From the NCBI GenBank assembly GCA_900545835.1, contig URBB01000001.1, positions 1 through 45,792 of the forward strand: 45,792 bases of DNA. Reading direction: 5' to 3'. Below the pieces are notes generated by a model. That model saw only the letters and a program-made list of their open reading frames with translations. It was not told the DNA's origin and ran no database searches. Positions 35,919-45,792 of this stretch are shown in pieces. The first letter of the stretch is position 1. Each line of letters begins with the position of its first letter. Both the position numbers and the translations under genes were made by a program. The DNA comes from an uncultured Collinsella sp. (lineage in GTDB: Bacteria > Actinomycetota > Coriobacteriia > Coriobacteriales > Coriobacteriaceae).

Positions 35919-38072
35919 ATGACCGAAGATATCCCCCTTGAAATCACTTCGAGCGACATGGCCAATCTGCCCATATTCATCGCCGTCCTTATCGTGGCCA
36001 CCGTCGTCGTGCGCGTGTATTTTTCAATCAAACACAATGAAAAGCCGCCCATTGCCCGCGTCTTTTGGTGCGCGACGCTCCTCATCCCGCTCGGCGTGGT
36101 AGCTGCATGGATTACGAATCAATTGCTCGTAAATGAGGACAGTTCCCTATGGGTCCTTTCTTATTCGGCGCTCGGTGCTGCCGCCGTCATACTTCTTGTC
36201 GAACCCTTGGTTTCGGGACTTATCGACCAAACCGATCTTGCGACGGGAACGGTTGCCTGTATTTGCCGTGACATCCTTGTCATCGCCGCTGTTTCAGCGC
36301 TCTCGTTCGTTTCACTCGAAATTGCCTGTAACGAAACGTTCTATCGCATTCCCGCCAACTCATTCGGGTTTTCCGTCGGGCTGCTCGCGACGGTTCTGCT
36401 CTCCCTTTATTTGCTGGGACAGCGTCATGGAGGCGTCATGGCCCTCGTGCCCGTCGCCTGTTGCATCCTTGGCATTGCCGATCACTTCGTCATAACGTTT
36501 AAAGGCGAAGCCATCCTGCCAAGCGATATCTTGGCCCTTGGCACCGCAATGGAAGTGAGCGAGGGATACGAGTTTACCTTTACCGCCGGAATCGTAACCT
36601 CTCTCGCCCTGCTGGAGATTTCCCTGGGGCTTCTTTCGCTTATCCGACCGCGAAAGCTCCGTACGCCCACCCATGTCTTCCCCGCAATCGCCGCTAACCT
36701 CTGCGCTTTTCTGCTAGTGACCGTTGTGGGGCTCTCAGGCTTTTCCAGCATCGACTTGGAGCAGGCGCTGGATTTTGGATTTGACCGTTGGCAGCCCATC
36801 ACCACATATACGTCTCAGGGTTTTATCACTTCGTTCACCGAAATGGTCAACGAGTTGCCCATTGAGAAGCCCGAAGGCTATACGCCCGATGAGGCGCAGA
36901 GCATCGAGCAGGAGCTCGCCGCCGCCTACGACAGCACGTATGGCTCGAGCGAGCAGCGCGCGGCTGCCGTTGCCCAGTTCAATGAAATCAAGCCGACGAT
37001 TGTTGCCGTCATGAACGAGAGTTTTAGCGACCTTTCGTGCTTTGAGCAGCTCCAGGCGGCCGGGTACACCGGCCCCGCATTCTACAACTCGCTTCCCGAC
37101 ACACTTGTTCGCGGCACCATGCTCGCTTCGGTCACCGGTGGCGGAACGGCAAACTCCGAATTCGAATTTTTGACCGGAGCGACAACGGCCTTTGTCGGAT
37201 TAGGCAAGATCCCCTATCAGCTGTATCAGATGAATGGCGTCAACAGCCTGGCAAAGGACCTTAAAGAGCTTGGGTATACCGCTACCGCTATGCACCCGCA
37301 AAACCCCGTCAACTACCATCGAGATAAGATCTATCAGCAGCTGGGCTTTGGAGACTTTCTTTCAATCGGCGATTTCGAAGGTTCGCCCTGTTACCATGCC
37401 GGCGTATGCGACTACGCCACCTACGACAAGATACTCGACCTGCTTAGAACCGACGAAGCGCCGCAGTTCATCTTTGACGTCACGATGCAAAATCACGGCG
37501 GCTACGACTATGGCACCGTTCCCGCCGAAGAGCTGACAAACTATTGGGTCGAGGGAGCCAGCGAGGGCGCCAATAGCGCGCTCAACACCTATCTCACCTG
37601 CATCAACGCATCCGACCGGGACCTCGAGTACTTTATCAACGAGCTCCGCAATATCGGCAGACCGGTTGTCCTTGTCTTTTTTGGCGACCATCAGCCGAGC
37701 GCCGCAACGACTCTCAACGACGAGCTGTACCCTCAGGAAGATACGGCAAGCCACGCTTTCCGTGTCTATCAGTCAACCTATTTCGTCTGGGCTAACTATG
37801 AAATCGCCGGCAATACCGAGCTCAACGTCTACGACACCGTCGGGGCAAACGAGATTGCAGCCATTACCCTTAATAAGATCGGCGCCCCGCTCACCGACTA
37901 TCAAAAGGCCCTGCTTGCAACAAGGTCAGATGTGCCCACCATCAATGTCGCCGGCTATCTCGGTGCCGACGGGCTGCGCTACAACTTGGAATCTGAAGAC
38001 AGCCCATACACCTCGACGATCGACAAGCTGCAGCGCATGCAATACCTCGAGTTCGCCAGCAAAGTTCAGTAA
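35919..38072 (+). CDS. LTA-synthase (LtaS/MdoB) family membrane phosphoglycerol transferase/sulfatase-fold protein
   Basis: Multi-TM N-terminus; VMNESFSD, GGGTANSEFEFLTG (nucleophile Thr), TMQNHGGY, FFGDHQP. Confidence 0.85.
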   Translation: MTEDIPLEITSSDMANLPIFIAVLIVATVVVRVYFSIKHNEKPPIARVFWCATLLIPLGVVAAWITNQLLVNEDSSLWVLSYSALGAAAVILLVEPLVSGLIDQTDLATGTVACICRDILVIAAVSALSFVSLEIACNETFYRIPANSFGFSVGLLATVLLSLYLLGQRHGGVMALVPVACCILGIADHFVITFKGEAILPSDILALGTAMEVSEGYEFTFTAGIVTSLALLEISLGLLSLIRPRKLRTPTHVFPAIAANLCAFLLVTVVGLSGFSSIDLEQALDFGFDRWQPITTYTSQGFITSFTEMVNELPIEKPEGYTPDEAQSIEQELAAAYDSTYGSSEQRAAAVAQFNEIKPTIVAVMNESFSDLSCFEQLQAAGYTGPAFYNSLPDTLVRGTMLASVTGGGTANSEFEFLTGATTAFVGLGKIPYQLYQMNGVNSLAKDLKELGYTATAMHPQNPVNYHRDKIYQQLGFGDFLSIGDFEGSPCYHAGVCDYATYDKILDLLRTDEAPQFIFDVTMQNHGGYDYGTVPAEELTNYWVEGASEGANSALNTYLTCINASDRDLEYFINELRNIGRPVVLVFFGDHQPSAATTLNDELYPQEDTASHAFRVYQSTYFVWANYEIAGNTELNVYDTVGANEIAAITLNKIGAPLTDYQKALLATRSDVPTINVAGYLGADGLRYNLESEDSPYTSTIDKLQRMQYLEFASKVQ

Positions 38073-38217
38073 GCCCGCCCATTCGCTTGGGCCCATCGTA
38101 TTGCAAGCACGCTCGGCCCAAATGCATCGCAAATGACTCCCGCTCGCAAACGAGGGTACAATGACGCTCGTGTCACATCACGGGGCTCCGGCCCCAACAT
38201 ATACAAAGGAGTCATAC

Positions 38218-39048
38218 ATGGGTTGCGAGCACGCACAGGCCGCCGGCGGACAAACGTCGCCGTCGCAATTTGAGGAGAACACGCTGTCCGAGGTCAAACG
38301 CGTCATCGCCGTGCTTTCCGGCAAGGGCGGTGTCGGCAAGTCGTTTGTCACCGGTGCCATCGCCACCGAGCTTGCCCGTCACGGCCACAAGGTCGGCGTC
38401 CTCGATGCCGACATCACCGGTCCCTCTATCCCCAAGATGTTCGGCATGAGCGGACGCCACGTCCATGCCCTTGGCAACCTCATGCTGCCCGAAATCTCCG
38501 AGCACGGCGTCAAGGTCATGAGCTCCAACCTTCTGCTCCAAAACGAGACCGACCCCGTCCTTTGGCGCGGTCCGGTCATCGCAGGCGCCATTAGGCAGTT
38601 CTGGAGCGAGACCTCGTGGGGCCCCATCGACTACCTGCTGGTCGACATGCCTCCGGGAACAGGCGACGTCGCGCTCACCGTCTTCCAGTCGCTGCCCGTC
38701 GACGGCATCGTCATCGTCACGAGCCCGCAGGACCTGGTCTCGATGATCGTCGCCAAGGCGGTCAACATGGCCGAGAAGATGAACGTCCCCATTCTGGGCA
38801 TCGTCGAGAACATGAGCTATATCGAGTGCCCCGACTGCGGCAAGAAGATCGAGGTCTTTGGCAAAAGCAAGCTCCCCGAGGTCGCAGAGCGCTATAACCT
38901 CGACATCTTGGGCACGCTTCCCATCAATCCGGCACTCGCCGAGGCCTGCGATAAGGGCGAGGTCGAGACCGCGCTGCCCGATGGCATGTTGCCCAAGGCA
39001 GTCTCTGCCGTCGAGGCTATTACCCCGCACGAGACCGACGAGGCCTAA
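38218..39048 (+). CDS. mrp: Mrp/ApbC (NBP35) family Fe-S cluster carrier ATPase
   Basis: SGKGGVGKS, LDADITGPSIP, WRGP, VDMPPGTGD, ENMSYIECPDCG; ATG behind AAGGAG. Confidence 0.92.
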   Translation: MGCEHAQAAGGQTSPSQFEENTLSEVKRVIAVLSGKGGVGKSFVTGAIATELARHGHKVGVLDADITGPSIPKMFGMSGRHVHALGNLMLPEISEHGVKVMSSNLLLQNETDPVLWRGPVIAGAIRQFWSETSWGPIDYLLVDMPPGTGDVALTVFQSLPVDGIVIVTSPQDLVSMIVAKAVNMAEKMNVPILGIVENMSYIECPDCGKKIEVFGKSKLPEVAERYNLDILGTLPINPALAEACDKGEVETALPDGMLPKAVSAVEAITPHETDEA

Positions 39049-40320
39049 GTGAACACGAGCGCCTTCTATGACGTCCTGGTAATCGGCGGCGGGGCTTCAG
39101 GCCTCGCCGCCGCCATTACGGCCGCACGTGCTGGCAAAAGCGTCTGCATCGTTGAGCGCGATGTCGCCTGCGGCCTAAAGCTCCTTGCGACCGGTAACGG
39201 CCGCTGCAACCTCTCCAACGAATCGATTGATCCTCAGCGGTATAACCACCCCGCATTCGTCGAATCTGTCATGGGCCCCCAACCCGAACAAGAGCTTATG
39301 GGTTTCTTCTCCTCGCTGGGCATCATGACAACCTCCGAGGAAGGCCGGCTATACCCGCGCTCCCTTCGCGCAGAATCGGTGCGCGACGCGCTTCTCAACG
39401 TTTGCGACCGCCTAGGTATTACCTTAATCTGCGGAGCCAACGTTGCCTCGGCGCACAAAGCTTCCGAAGGCTGGACACTCCAAATAGACCGTCCAGCGCG
39501 GGCGCTCAAGGCAAAAAAGCACGACGACCGAAAAACGGAGCTCCGCTCGCTTCGGAAAGCGCTCGCCGATGTCCCTCGCAAGAACGAGGCCCTGGAGGCA
39601 CATGCCGTAATTATCGCCACGGGTGGCAACCCCACCGGTATCGCCGATACGTTTAGCCTCCCCCTCACTTCGCTGCGCCCCATCCTCTGCCCCGTATCGG
39701 CAACGGTCGTCGGCGATCGGGCGGCACTCAAGACGTTGGACGGCCTGCGCGTCCGCGCCCGCTTGACGCTCGCCCGCAATCATAATGAGCTCTGGCACGA
39801 AGACGGTGAAGTCCTGTTTCGAGCCTTCGGCATCTCGGGCGTCGCTGTCTTCAACCTCTCCCGTCGTATCCAGCGCGGTGATACGATCCTGCTCGACGTT
39901 TTCCCCGACCTCTCCAAAGACGAGCTGCTCGATATGCTCAACCGGCGCGTTGAGCTGCTCGGCGGCTTTTCGCCCCGCGATCCCCGTTGGCTCGACGGCA
40001 TGCTCGCCCCGCAACTCTCCCGCGTCGTCTGCACGGCGTTCGAGCAGTGCCATCCAGGCTCCAACGATGTCATCCACCTGGTCTCGATCCTCAAGCACTT
40101 TAAGTTGCTCGTTGAGGGAACAGCCGAGGAGCGCTCGGCACAGGTCACGCGTGGTGGCGTATCTGTCGAGAGTATCTCAACACCCAGTCTACGCGCGCGC
40201 AGCGTTGTCGACGCCCCGCTTTACGTCTGCGGCGAAGCGCTCGACATCGACGCCGATTGCGGAGGCTTTAACCTTGCGTGGGCATGGCTCTCGGGCATTC
40301 GCGCTGCAAGCAGCCTGTAG
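39049..40320 (+). CDS. HI0933/YhiN (BaiN-like) flavoprotein
   Basis: IGGGASG, KLLATGNGRCNLSN, GRLYP, GISG, AQVTRGGV, GEALDIDADCGGFNL. Confidence 0.88.
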   Translation: MNTSAFYDVLVIGGGASGLAAAITAARAGKSVCIVERDVACGLKLLATGNGRCNLSNESIDPQRYNHPAFVESVMGPQPEQELMGFFSSLGIMTTSEEGRLYPRSLRAESVRDALLNVCDRLGITLICGANVASAHKASEGWTLQIDRPARALKAKKHDDRKTELRSLRKALADVPRKNEALEAHAVIIATGGNPTGIADTFSLPLTSLRPILCPVSATVVGDRAALKTLDGLRVRARLTLARNHNELWHEDGEVLFRAFGISGVAVFNLSRRIQRGDTILLDVFPDLSKDELLDMLNRRVELLGGFSPRDPRWLDGMLAPQLSRVVCTAFEQCHPGSNDVIHLVSILKHFKLLVEGTAEERSAQVTRGGVSVESISTPSLRARSVVDAPLYVCGEALDIDADCGGFNLAWAWLSGIRAASSL

Positions 40321-40400
40321 CCGCGCAGTCTATAATCAAAAACGCATTCGGGCCGTCTGGGATACCGGACGGCCTCTTTCTTGCCTCTAAGGAGACCTCG

Positions 40401-42041
40401 ATGATCGAAATCACCCAAGTCAACGCTTCGCTCGATGAAGCCGGCGATGAAAATGCCTGCCTCATTGTTGGCAAGCGAGTCGCCAAGCGCGTCCTACGTT
40501 GCAAAGACTCCGAGATCAAGTCCATCGAGCTCCACCGCAAGTCAATCGACGCTCGCAAAAAACGAGACGTCCATTTTATCCTGAGCTTTCGTGTTGAGCT
40601 GACCAGTCCCCACCTCGAGCGAGAAGCGGTCGACAGCGTTTCCGAACGTGACCGCTCGCTCGTACGCGCGATAGAAGACGATGAGCCTTCATTCCCCTCC
40701 CCCATTTCCGACGCATCCAAAGAGCGCCCCGTCGTTGTCGGCGCCGGATGCGCCGGCCTTTTCGCTGCGCTCACGCTCGCCGAAGCAGGTCTTAAGCCCT
40801 TGCTTATCGAGCGCGGCGACCCGGCATTTCGCCGCTCGCAGGCGATCGACCTCTTTCTAAAGGAGCGCATCCTCGACCCCGAGAGCAATATTCAGTTTGG
40901 TCTGGGCGGCGCGGGGACCTTCTCGGACGGCAAGCTCAATACGGGAACAAAAAATCCCGCCCATCGCCTTATCCTCGAAACCTTCGTCGAGGCGGGTGCG
41001 CCCCGCGATATTCTGTGGGATGCCAAGCCGCACATTGGCTCCGACATCCTTCCCAAGGTTGTCACCGCTATATCCCAGCGCACCGAGCAGCTCGGAGGTG
41101 TCGTCCGTTATCGAACGAAGCTCGTCGACATTCGCACCGACGCGTCTGGCGCCATCACCGGTATCGATGTCCAATCGTCCCAAGACGCCGCTTACGAGCC
41201 AATCGAAACAAAGCACCTCATCCTCGCCTGTGGGCATTCTGCTCGCGATATTTTTGAGCTCCTTAAGGACCACAACGTGGCCCTCGCACAAAAGACCTTT
41301 GCCATGGGCGTTCGCATCGAGCATCCGCAGCGCGACATCGACCGAGCCCAATATGGAGCCTTGGCGGGACATCCAGCGCTCGGGGCAGCCCCCTACAAGC
41401 TCGTCGCCCATCTTCCCAACGGCCGCAGCGTGTTCTCGTTTTGCATGTGCCCCGGCGGGCAGGTTGTCGCCGCCTCTTCCGAGCAGGGCCACCTGTGCGT
41501 CAACGGCGCCAGCCTCAATGCCCGCGACGGACGCAACGCAAACGCCGCCCTGCTCGTTAACGTCACGCCTGAGGACCTTCCCAACGATGACCCGCTCGCC
41601 GGCATCGAGCTCCAGCGCGCCTGCGAGGCGGCCGCCTATCGCCTGGGCGGTTCCAACTGGAACGCACCGGCACAACTCGTCGGAGATTTCCTCGCAGGAC
41701 GCGCCAGCAAGGCGCCCGGAAAGGTAAAGCCCACCTATCCGCTCGGTGTGACCTGGACGACAATTGACGAAGCCCTGCCGCAGCATATCGTCGAGTCGCT
41801 CCGCCTGGGACTTCCCCTACTCGGAAAAAAGCTACGAGGCTACGACCGTCCCGATGCCGTTCTTACCGGCGTGGAGACTCGTTCGAGCTCACCGGTCACT
41901 GTCACCCGAGACCGAACGTGCCATGCCGTGTCGACCCCGGGCCTCTACCCTTGTGGTGAGGGAGCTGGATATGCCGGCGGCATCATGAGCGCGGCCACCG
42001 ACGGCATCCGTTGTGCCGAAGCCCTGATCGCGGACCTCTAA
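40401..42041 (+). CDS. Uncharacterised FAD/NAD(P)-dependent oxidoreductase (COG2509-like)
   Basis: SIDARKK, VVGAGCAG, FGLGGAGTFSDGKL, PHIGSD, SFCMCPGG, VETRSSSP, GEGAGYAGGIMSAA; ATG 40401 behind AAGGAG. Confidence 0.88.
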   Translation: MIEITQVNASLDEAGDENACLIVGKRVAKRVLRCKDSEIKSIELHRKSIDARKKRDVHFILSFRVELTSPHLEREAVDSVSERDRSLVRAIEDDEPSFPSPISDASKERPVVVGAGCAGLFAALTLAEAGLKPLLIERGDPAFRRSQAIDLFLKERILDPESNIQFGLGGAGTFSDGKLNTGTKNPAHRLILETFVEAGAPRDILWDAKPHIGSDILPKVVTAISQRTEQLGGVVRYRTKLVDIRTDASGAITGIDVQSSQDAAYEPIETKHLILACGHSARDIFELLKDHNVALAQKTFAMGVRIEHPQRDIDRAQYGALAGHPALGAAPYKLVAHLPNGRSVFSFCMCPGGQVVAASSEQGHLCVNGASLNARDGRNANAALLVNVTPEDLPNDDPLAGIELQRACEAAAYRLGGSNWNAPAQLVGDFLAGRASKAPGKVKPTYPLGVTWTTIDEALPQHIVESLRLGLPLLGKKLRGYDRPDAVLTGVETRSSSPVTVTRDRTCHAVSTPGLYPCGEGAGYAGGIMSAATDGIRCAEALIADL

Positions 42042-42067
42042 CGCACGAATTCCAGCGCGCAAAAGAC

Positions 42068-42103
42068 ACAGGCCCCGAGCTCCACAGGGAACTCGGGGCC
42101 TGT
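42068..42103. terminator. Hairpin between convergent genes, likely bidirectional terminator
   Basis: ACAGGCCCCGAG...CTCGGGGCCTGT 12-bp inverted repeat. Confidence 0.65.
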
Positions 42104-42106
42104 TCG

Positions 42107-44347
42107 CTATTTCTTAAACCGTGCACCCTGGCGTTTTCTGCCCGATGCGAACGTGGAACCCTTGCGGGCCTGCGAGCGTAAGCGCTCGATCGTCTCGTCC
42201 TCAGACGCACCCTCGAGCATCGCCCGAATCTGAACGACGGCATCGCGCAGGCGCGCCGCCTCCTCAAAGTCCATAGCGGCAGAAGCGTTACGCATATCCT
42301 CTTCCATGGTTTCGACGATCCGCACAAGCTCGTCATGCGGCAGTTCTTCCAACTGCTCCGCAAGTGCCTGCTCGGGCGCCACCGTTTCCGGCACACCGCC
42401 CTCGCCCGACTCATCGGGCGTATAGAATGCGCCATGGCCAAGAGAGTCGCCCTTCGAGCGTCCCTTGGAACCCACGGTTTTTTCGGCCTCGGCAATAAAA
42501 CTTGAGATGTCGTTGATGGCCTTGCGCACCGTCTTGGGCACAATGCCATGCTCTTCGTTATATGCCATCTGAATCTCGCGACGGCGCTGCGTCTCCTCGA
42601 TGGCCTCTTTCATCGAATCGGTCATAACGTCTGCATACATGATGACTTCGCCATCGGCGTTACGGGCCGCGCGGCCAATCGTCTGAATCAGCGAACGGCG
42701 GTTGCGCAAGAAGCCTTCCTTATCGGCATCGAGAATTGCCACCAGTGAGACCTCGGGGAGATCCAAGCCCTCGCGAAGCAGGTTGATGCCAACGAGAACA
42801 TCGATCTTTCCCTCGCGCAGCGTTCGCAGGATCTCGACACGGTCCATCGTCGCTGTATCGGAGTGCATGTAATTGACCTTAATGCCGGCATCAAGCAGAT
42901 GGTCGGTCAGGTCCTCGGCCATGCGCTTGGTGAGCGTGGTCACCAGTACGCGCTCCTTGCGCACCACGCGCTCGCGAATCTCGTCCTCAAGATCGTCAAT
43001 CTGCCCACGAACCGGACGCACATCAATCTTGGGGTCGAGCAGACCGGTCGGACGAATAATCTGCTCAACGTCGTTTTGGCTCACCCGCAGCTCATAGTCG
43101 CCCGGCGTGGCCGAAACATAGATGAACTGGGGAATCCTCGCCTCAAACTCATCGAAACGAAGCGGGCGGTTATCGAGCGCCGAGGGCAGACGAAAACCGT
43201 GTTCCACCAGCGTCACCTTACGCGAGCGATCACCTTCGTGCATGCCGCGAATCTGCGGCACCGTCACATGGCTCTCATCGATGATGCAGAGCATATCCTT
43301 GGGAAAGTAATCGATCAGGGTAAACGGCGGCTCACCCGGCTTGCGACCGTCCAGATGACGCGAGTAGTTCTCGATACCGTTACAAAAACCCATAGTCTCG
43401 AGCATCTCAAGATCATAATCGGTGCGCTGCTGCAGACGCTGCGCCTCGAGCAACTTATCAGTCGCCTTGAGCTCGGCCACACGCTTCTCGCACTCTTCGC
43501 TGATCGATTTCAGAGCCGCCTTGACCTTCGGCTTCTCGGTCACGTAGTGCGAGGCCGGCCACACGGGGATGGCCTCGTACTCACGAAGCATCTCTCCGGT
43601 GACCTCATCGATCTCGGCAATCAGCTCGACCTCGTCGCCAAAGAACTCAAACCGCAACGGATGCTCGGCATAAGGCGGATACACGTCGACGACATCGCCG
43701 CGCACGCGGAACGTGCCGCGCGCCAGGTCATAGTCATTGCGATCATATTGAATGTCTATAAGTGCGTGGATAAAGTCATCGCGCTCGAGCGGCACCTTCT
43801 TGTCGACGTTTGGAGCCAGACCCGCATAGTCCTCAGGAGAGCCAATGCCATAGATACACGAGACCGATGCGACAACGATCACATCGCGTCGAGAGAGCAG
43901 CGATGCGGTCGCCTGATGTCGCAGCATCTCGACCTCTTCGTTAATCGAGGAGTCTTTCTCGATATATGTATCGCTTTGCGGCACATACGCCTCGGGCTGA
44001 TAGTAGTCGTAGTACGAGACAAAGTAGACCACAGCGTTGTTGGGAAAGAACTCTTTGAGCTCGCTCGCAAGCTGAGCGGCGAGCGTTTTATTGGGAGCCA
44101 TGACCAGCGTCGGCTTCCCCAGGGCCTCAATAGTCTTAGCCATCGTGAAGGTCTTGCCCGAACCAGTCACGCCCAGCAAAACCTGATAGCGATCTCCGTC
44201 CCTCACACCCCGCACAAGCGACTCAATGGCCTTAGGCTGGGAACCGGCAGGCTCATAGGGAGAAACGACTTCAAACGGCACCTCAGCGCCCTCAACGCCA
44301 AAGCGCTTAAGTTCACCACCAACGCGTTCTACTTCATATTCCGCCAT
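42107..44347 (-). CDS. uvrB: Excinuclease ABC subunit B
   Basis: [59 protein letters not shown] domain [10 protein letters not shown]. Confidence 0.97.
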   Translation of the reverse strand: MAEYEVERVGGELKRFGVEGAEVPFEVVSPYEPAGSQPKAIESLVRGVRDGDRYQVLLGVTGSGKTFTMAKTIEALGKPTLVMAPNKTLAAQLASELKEFFPNNAVVYFVSYYDYYQPEAYVPQSDTYIEKDSSINEEVEMLRHQATASLLSRRDVIVVASVSCIYGIGSPEDYAGLAPNVDKKVPLERDDFIHALIDIQYDRNDYDLARGTFRVRGDVVDVYPPYAEHPLRFEFFGDEVELIAEIDEVTGEMLREYEAIPVWPASHYVTEKPKVKAALKSISEECEKRVAELKATDKLLEAQRLQQRTDYDLEMLETMGFCNGIENYSRHLDGRKPGEPPFTLIDYFPKDMLCIIDESHVTVPQIRGMHEGDRSRKVTLVEHGFRLPSALDNRPLRFDEFEARIPQFIYVSATPGDYELRVSQNDVEQIIRPTGLLDPKIDVRPVRGQIDDLEDEIRERVVRKERVLVTTLTKRMAEDLTDHLLDAGIKVNYMHSDTATMDRVEILRTLREGKIDVLVGINLLREGLDLPEVSLVAILDADKEGFLRNRRSLIQTIGRAARNADGEVIMYADVMTDSMKEAIEETQRRREIQMAYNEEHGIVPKTVRKAINDISSFIAEAEKTVGSKGRSKGDSLGHGAFYTPDESGEGGVPETVAPEQALAEQLEELPHDELVRIVETMEEDMRNASAAMDFEEAARLRDAVVQIRAMLEGASEDETIERLRSQARKGSTFASGRKRQGARFKK

Positions 44348-44398
44348 GGATACTCCTAACTCATACATCTGCAGTATACGCAGGAGGTGGGCTTAGTC

Positions 44399-44980
44399 CT
44401 ATACGAACCGATCGGGATAGAGCGTCTTATAGCGAACCCAGGCATTATTGACGCGAATCAGATAAGCCTGCGTCTCGGGGAAGGTAATCGCATTGTGAAG
44501 CGAGGTGCTCTGCTGCGCCCAACCATCCACATTGCCCATGCCGGCGTTATATGCGGCAATAGCGCTATCCGTCGACCCGTTGAAATACGTTAAGAGATAC
44601 GAGAGGTACGCGCAGCCAAACTCGATATTCGTAGCAGGATCGTTAAGGTTGTCGGCCGAATACTCCCCACCGTCGACAAGACCCTTGGCGATCATATCCT
44701 GGGCAGTCTCGGGCATCAGCTGCATCAATCCCTGAGCACCCTGATTCGACTCAGCCTCGGGATCCCAATTCGATTCCGACTTAATGACAGCGCACACCAG
44801 ATACGGATCCAGATTATGCGAAATACTAGATTGCTTTACATACGCCTCGTAGTCAATGGGATACAGCGGCTTAAAGAAAGCCGCAGGAGCACACGAGTAA
44901 ACGAATGAGATAAGGCCGAAGGCAAAAACGGCAGCCAGCGGTATAAGGCGATACCACGCAAAGAAACGTGTCTTAGGCAT
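44399..44980 (-). CDS. Soluble lytic transglycosylase (Slt) domain protein with N-terminal membrane anchor
   Basis: AVIKSES (catalytic Glu), GAQGLMQLMPETA, AAYNAG, FPETQAY; ATG overlaps coaE stop. Confidence 0.9.
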   Translation of the reverse strand: MPKTRFFAWYRLIPLAAVFAFGLISFVYSCAPAAFFKPLYPIDYEAYVKQSSISHNLDPYLVCAVIKSESNWDPEAESNQGAQGLMQLMPETAQDMIAKGLVDGGEYSADNLNDPATNIEFGCAYLSYLLTYFNGSTDSAIAAYNAGMGNVDGWAQQSTSLHNAITFPETQAYLIRVNNAWVRYKTLYPDRFV

Positions 44981-45614
44981 CGGCATCCTCCTTATTCGCA
45001 GTGTCTATAAACCCATGACATGCAAGCCATGAGTCAAGCTGCTCAAAGAGCGAATTATCGCCTGCGGCATTATCAATCACCGTTGTAGCGAGATTGCACA
45101 GCGCAGACTCATCGGGCTGACAAGCAGAACGGGCATCGAAATCAGATGGCACCATGCCACGTTGAATAGCGCGCTCGCGACGAACTGACAAAGGGGCGCT
45201 AATGACCAGAATTTCATCAGCCAAGCCAAATGCATCCTCAAAACCAGTCGGAGCAGAAACCTCAACCACCGCAAAGGGGTAACGGGGTGATGAAACCGTA
45301 CAACAAACCGGATCGAGAATCCTAAGCGAAAGCTGTTCAATCAGAACGGGATGCACAATGCCATTGAGCCGTGCGACCGAATCAGGAGAAGCGAAAGCTC
45401 GAGAGGCGAGGGTGCTGCGGCGAATGCCGCCTTCCTCATCCAAAATGTCCCAACCGAATTCATCCGCGAGAGCATTGACGATATCAGAGCCCGGCACATA
45501 CAGCGATTTTGCAAGCTCATCCAGATCGATAAGCATAGCGCCACGAGATTCGAAATAGCGGCAGGCAGTCGACTTACCCGAAGCGATATTGCCCAAGACA
45601 AATACGGTAAACAT
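44973..45614 (-). CDS. coaE: Dephospho-CoA kinase
   Basis: GNIASGKST P-loop, IDLDELA, LNGIVHP, VIDN; coaE-uvrB neighbourhood. Confidence 0.88.
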   Translation of the reverse strand: MFTVFVLGNIASGKSTACRYFESRGAMLIDLDELAKSLYVPGSDIVNALADEFGWDILDEEGGIRRSTLASRAFASPDSVARLNGIVHPVLIEQLSLRILDPVCCTVSSPRYPFAVVEVSAPTGFEDAFGLADEILVISAPLSVRRERAIQRGMVPSDFDARSACQPDESALCNLATTVIDNAAGDNSLFEQLDSWLACHGFIDTANKEDADA

Positions 45615-45740
45615 CAAGCCCTCCCTAACGCCAATGCGAGTAATTATCGCTCAAATACACTGGAAGGACTCAAAATACAGCCAAACAGTAAGAGCGCATA
45701 CGGGGGAGCTAGGCCCCAAAGTACAACATGTATATAACGC

Positions 45741-45772
45741 AAAAAAGGGGGAGGCCGCGAGGCCTCCCCCTT
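45741..45772 (-). terminator. Intrinsic terminator of a gene beyond the right edge
   Basis: AAGGGGGAGGCC-TCGC-GGCCTCCCCCTTTTTT on minus strand. Confidence 0.8.
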
Positions 45773-45792
45773 CTCAGTTCGATGACGGCTCG

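Noticed and set aside
39049..40320. Calling the flavoprotein a bile-acid reductase BaiN
   Set aside because: The HI0933 family is widespread and no other bai genes are present.
44399..45614. Visibly lower GC in coaE and the lytic transglycosylase gene as a sign of horizontal transfer
   Set aside because: Core genes in their expected coaE-uvrB context; weak codon bias of lowly expressed genes is a simpler explanation, and GC was not computed.

Overview
High-GC, almost entirely minus-strand chromosomal segment that reads like a Coriobacteriia (Collinsella-like) gut actinobacterium; the taxon is inferred from gene content and order, not from a search. In transcription order (right to left) the backbone is coaE - lytic transglycosylase - uvrB ... 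uvrA - ybaK - murJ - uvrC ... rapZ - whiA - gap - pgk - tpiA - gpmI - secG ... tRNA-Leu(GAG) ... tRNA-Gly/Cys/Gly. Four blocks interrupt it: (i) a plus-strand LTA-synthase-family / Mrp / two-flavoprotein block between uvrB and uvrA; (ii) an ~11 kb sialic-acid (nan) uptake and catabolism operon with two CE7-type esterases, one lacking the catalytic Ser, between uvrC and rapZ; (iii) an Opp/Dpp ABC operon between secG and tRNA-Leu; (iv) a PAS-GAF-PP2C phosphatase plus a fused STAS-HATPase (RsbV-RsbW-like) gene between tRNA-Leu and tRNA-Gly. No transposase, integrase, prophage or CRISPR array is visible. The most striking unexplained signal is two pairs of long (~100-130 nt) intergenic hairpins (3852-3976 / 4157-4288 and 18499-18596 / 19651-19746). 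Within each pair the members lie in opposite orientation and keep the same geometry and internal-loop motifs while their stem sequences have diverged compensatorily, suggesting a structure-defined repeat family recognised as folded ssDNA or RNA.
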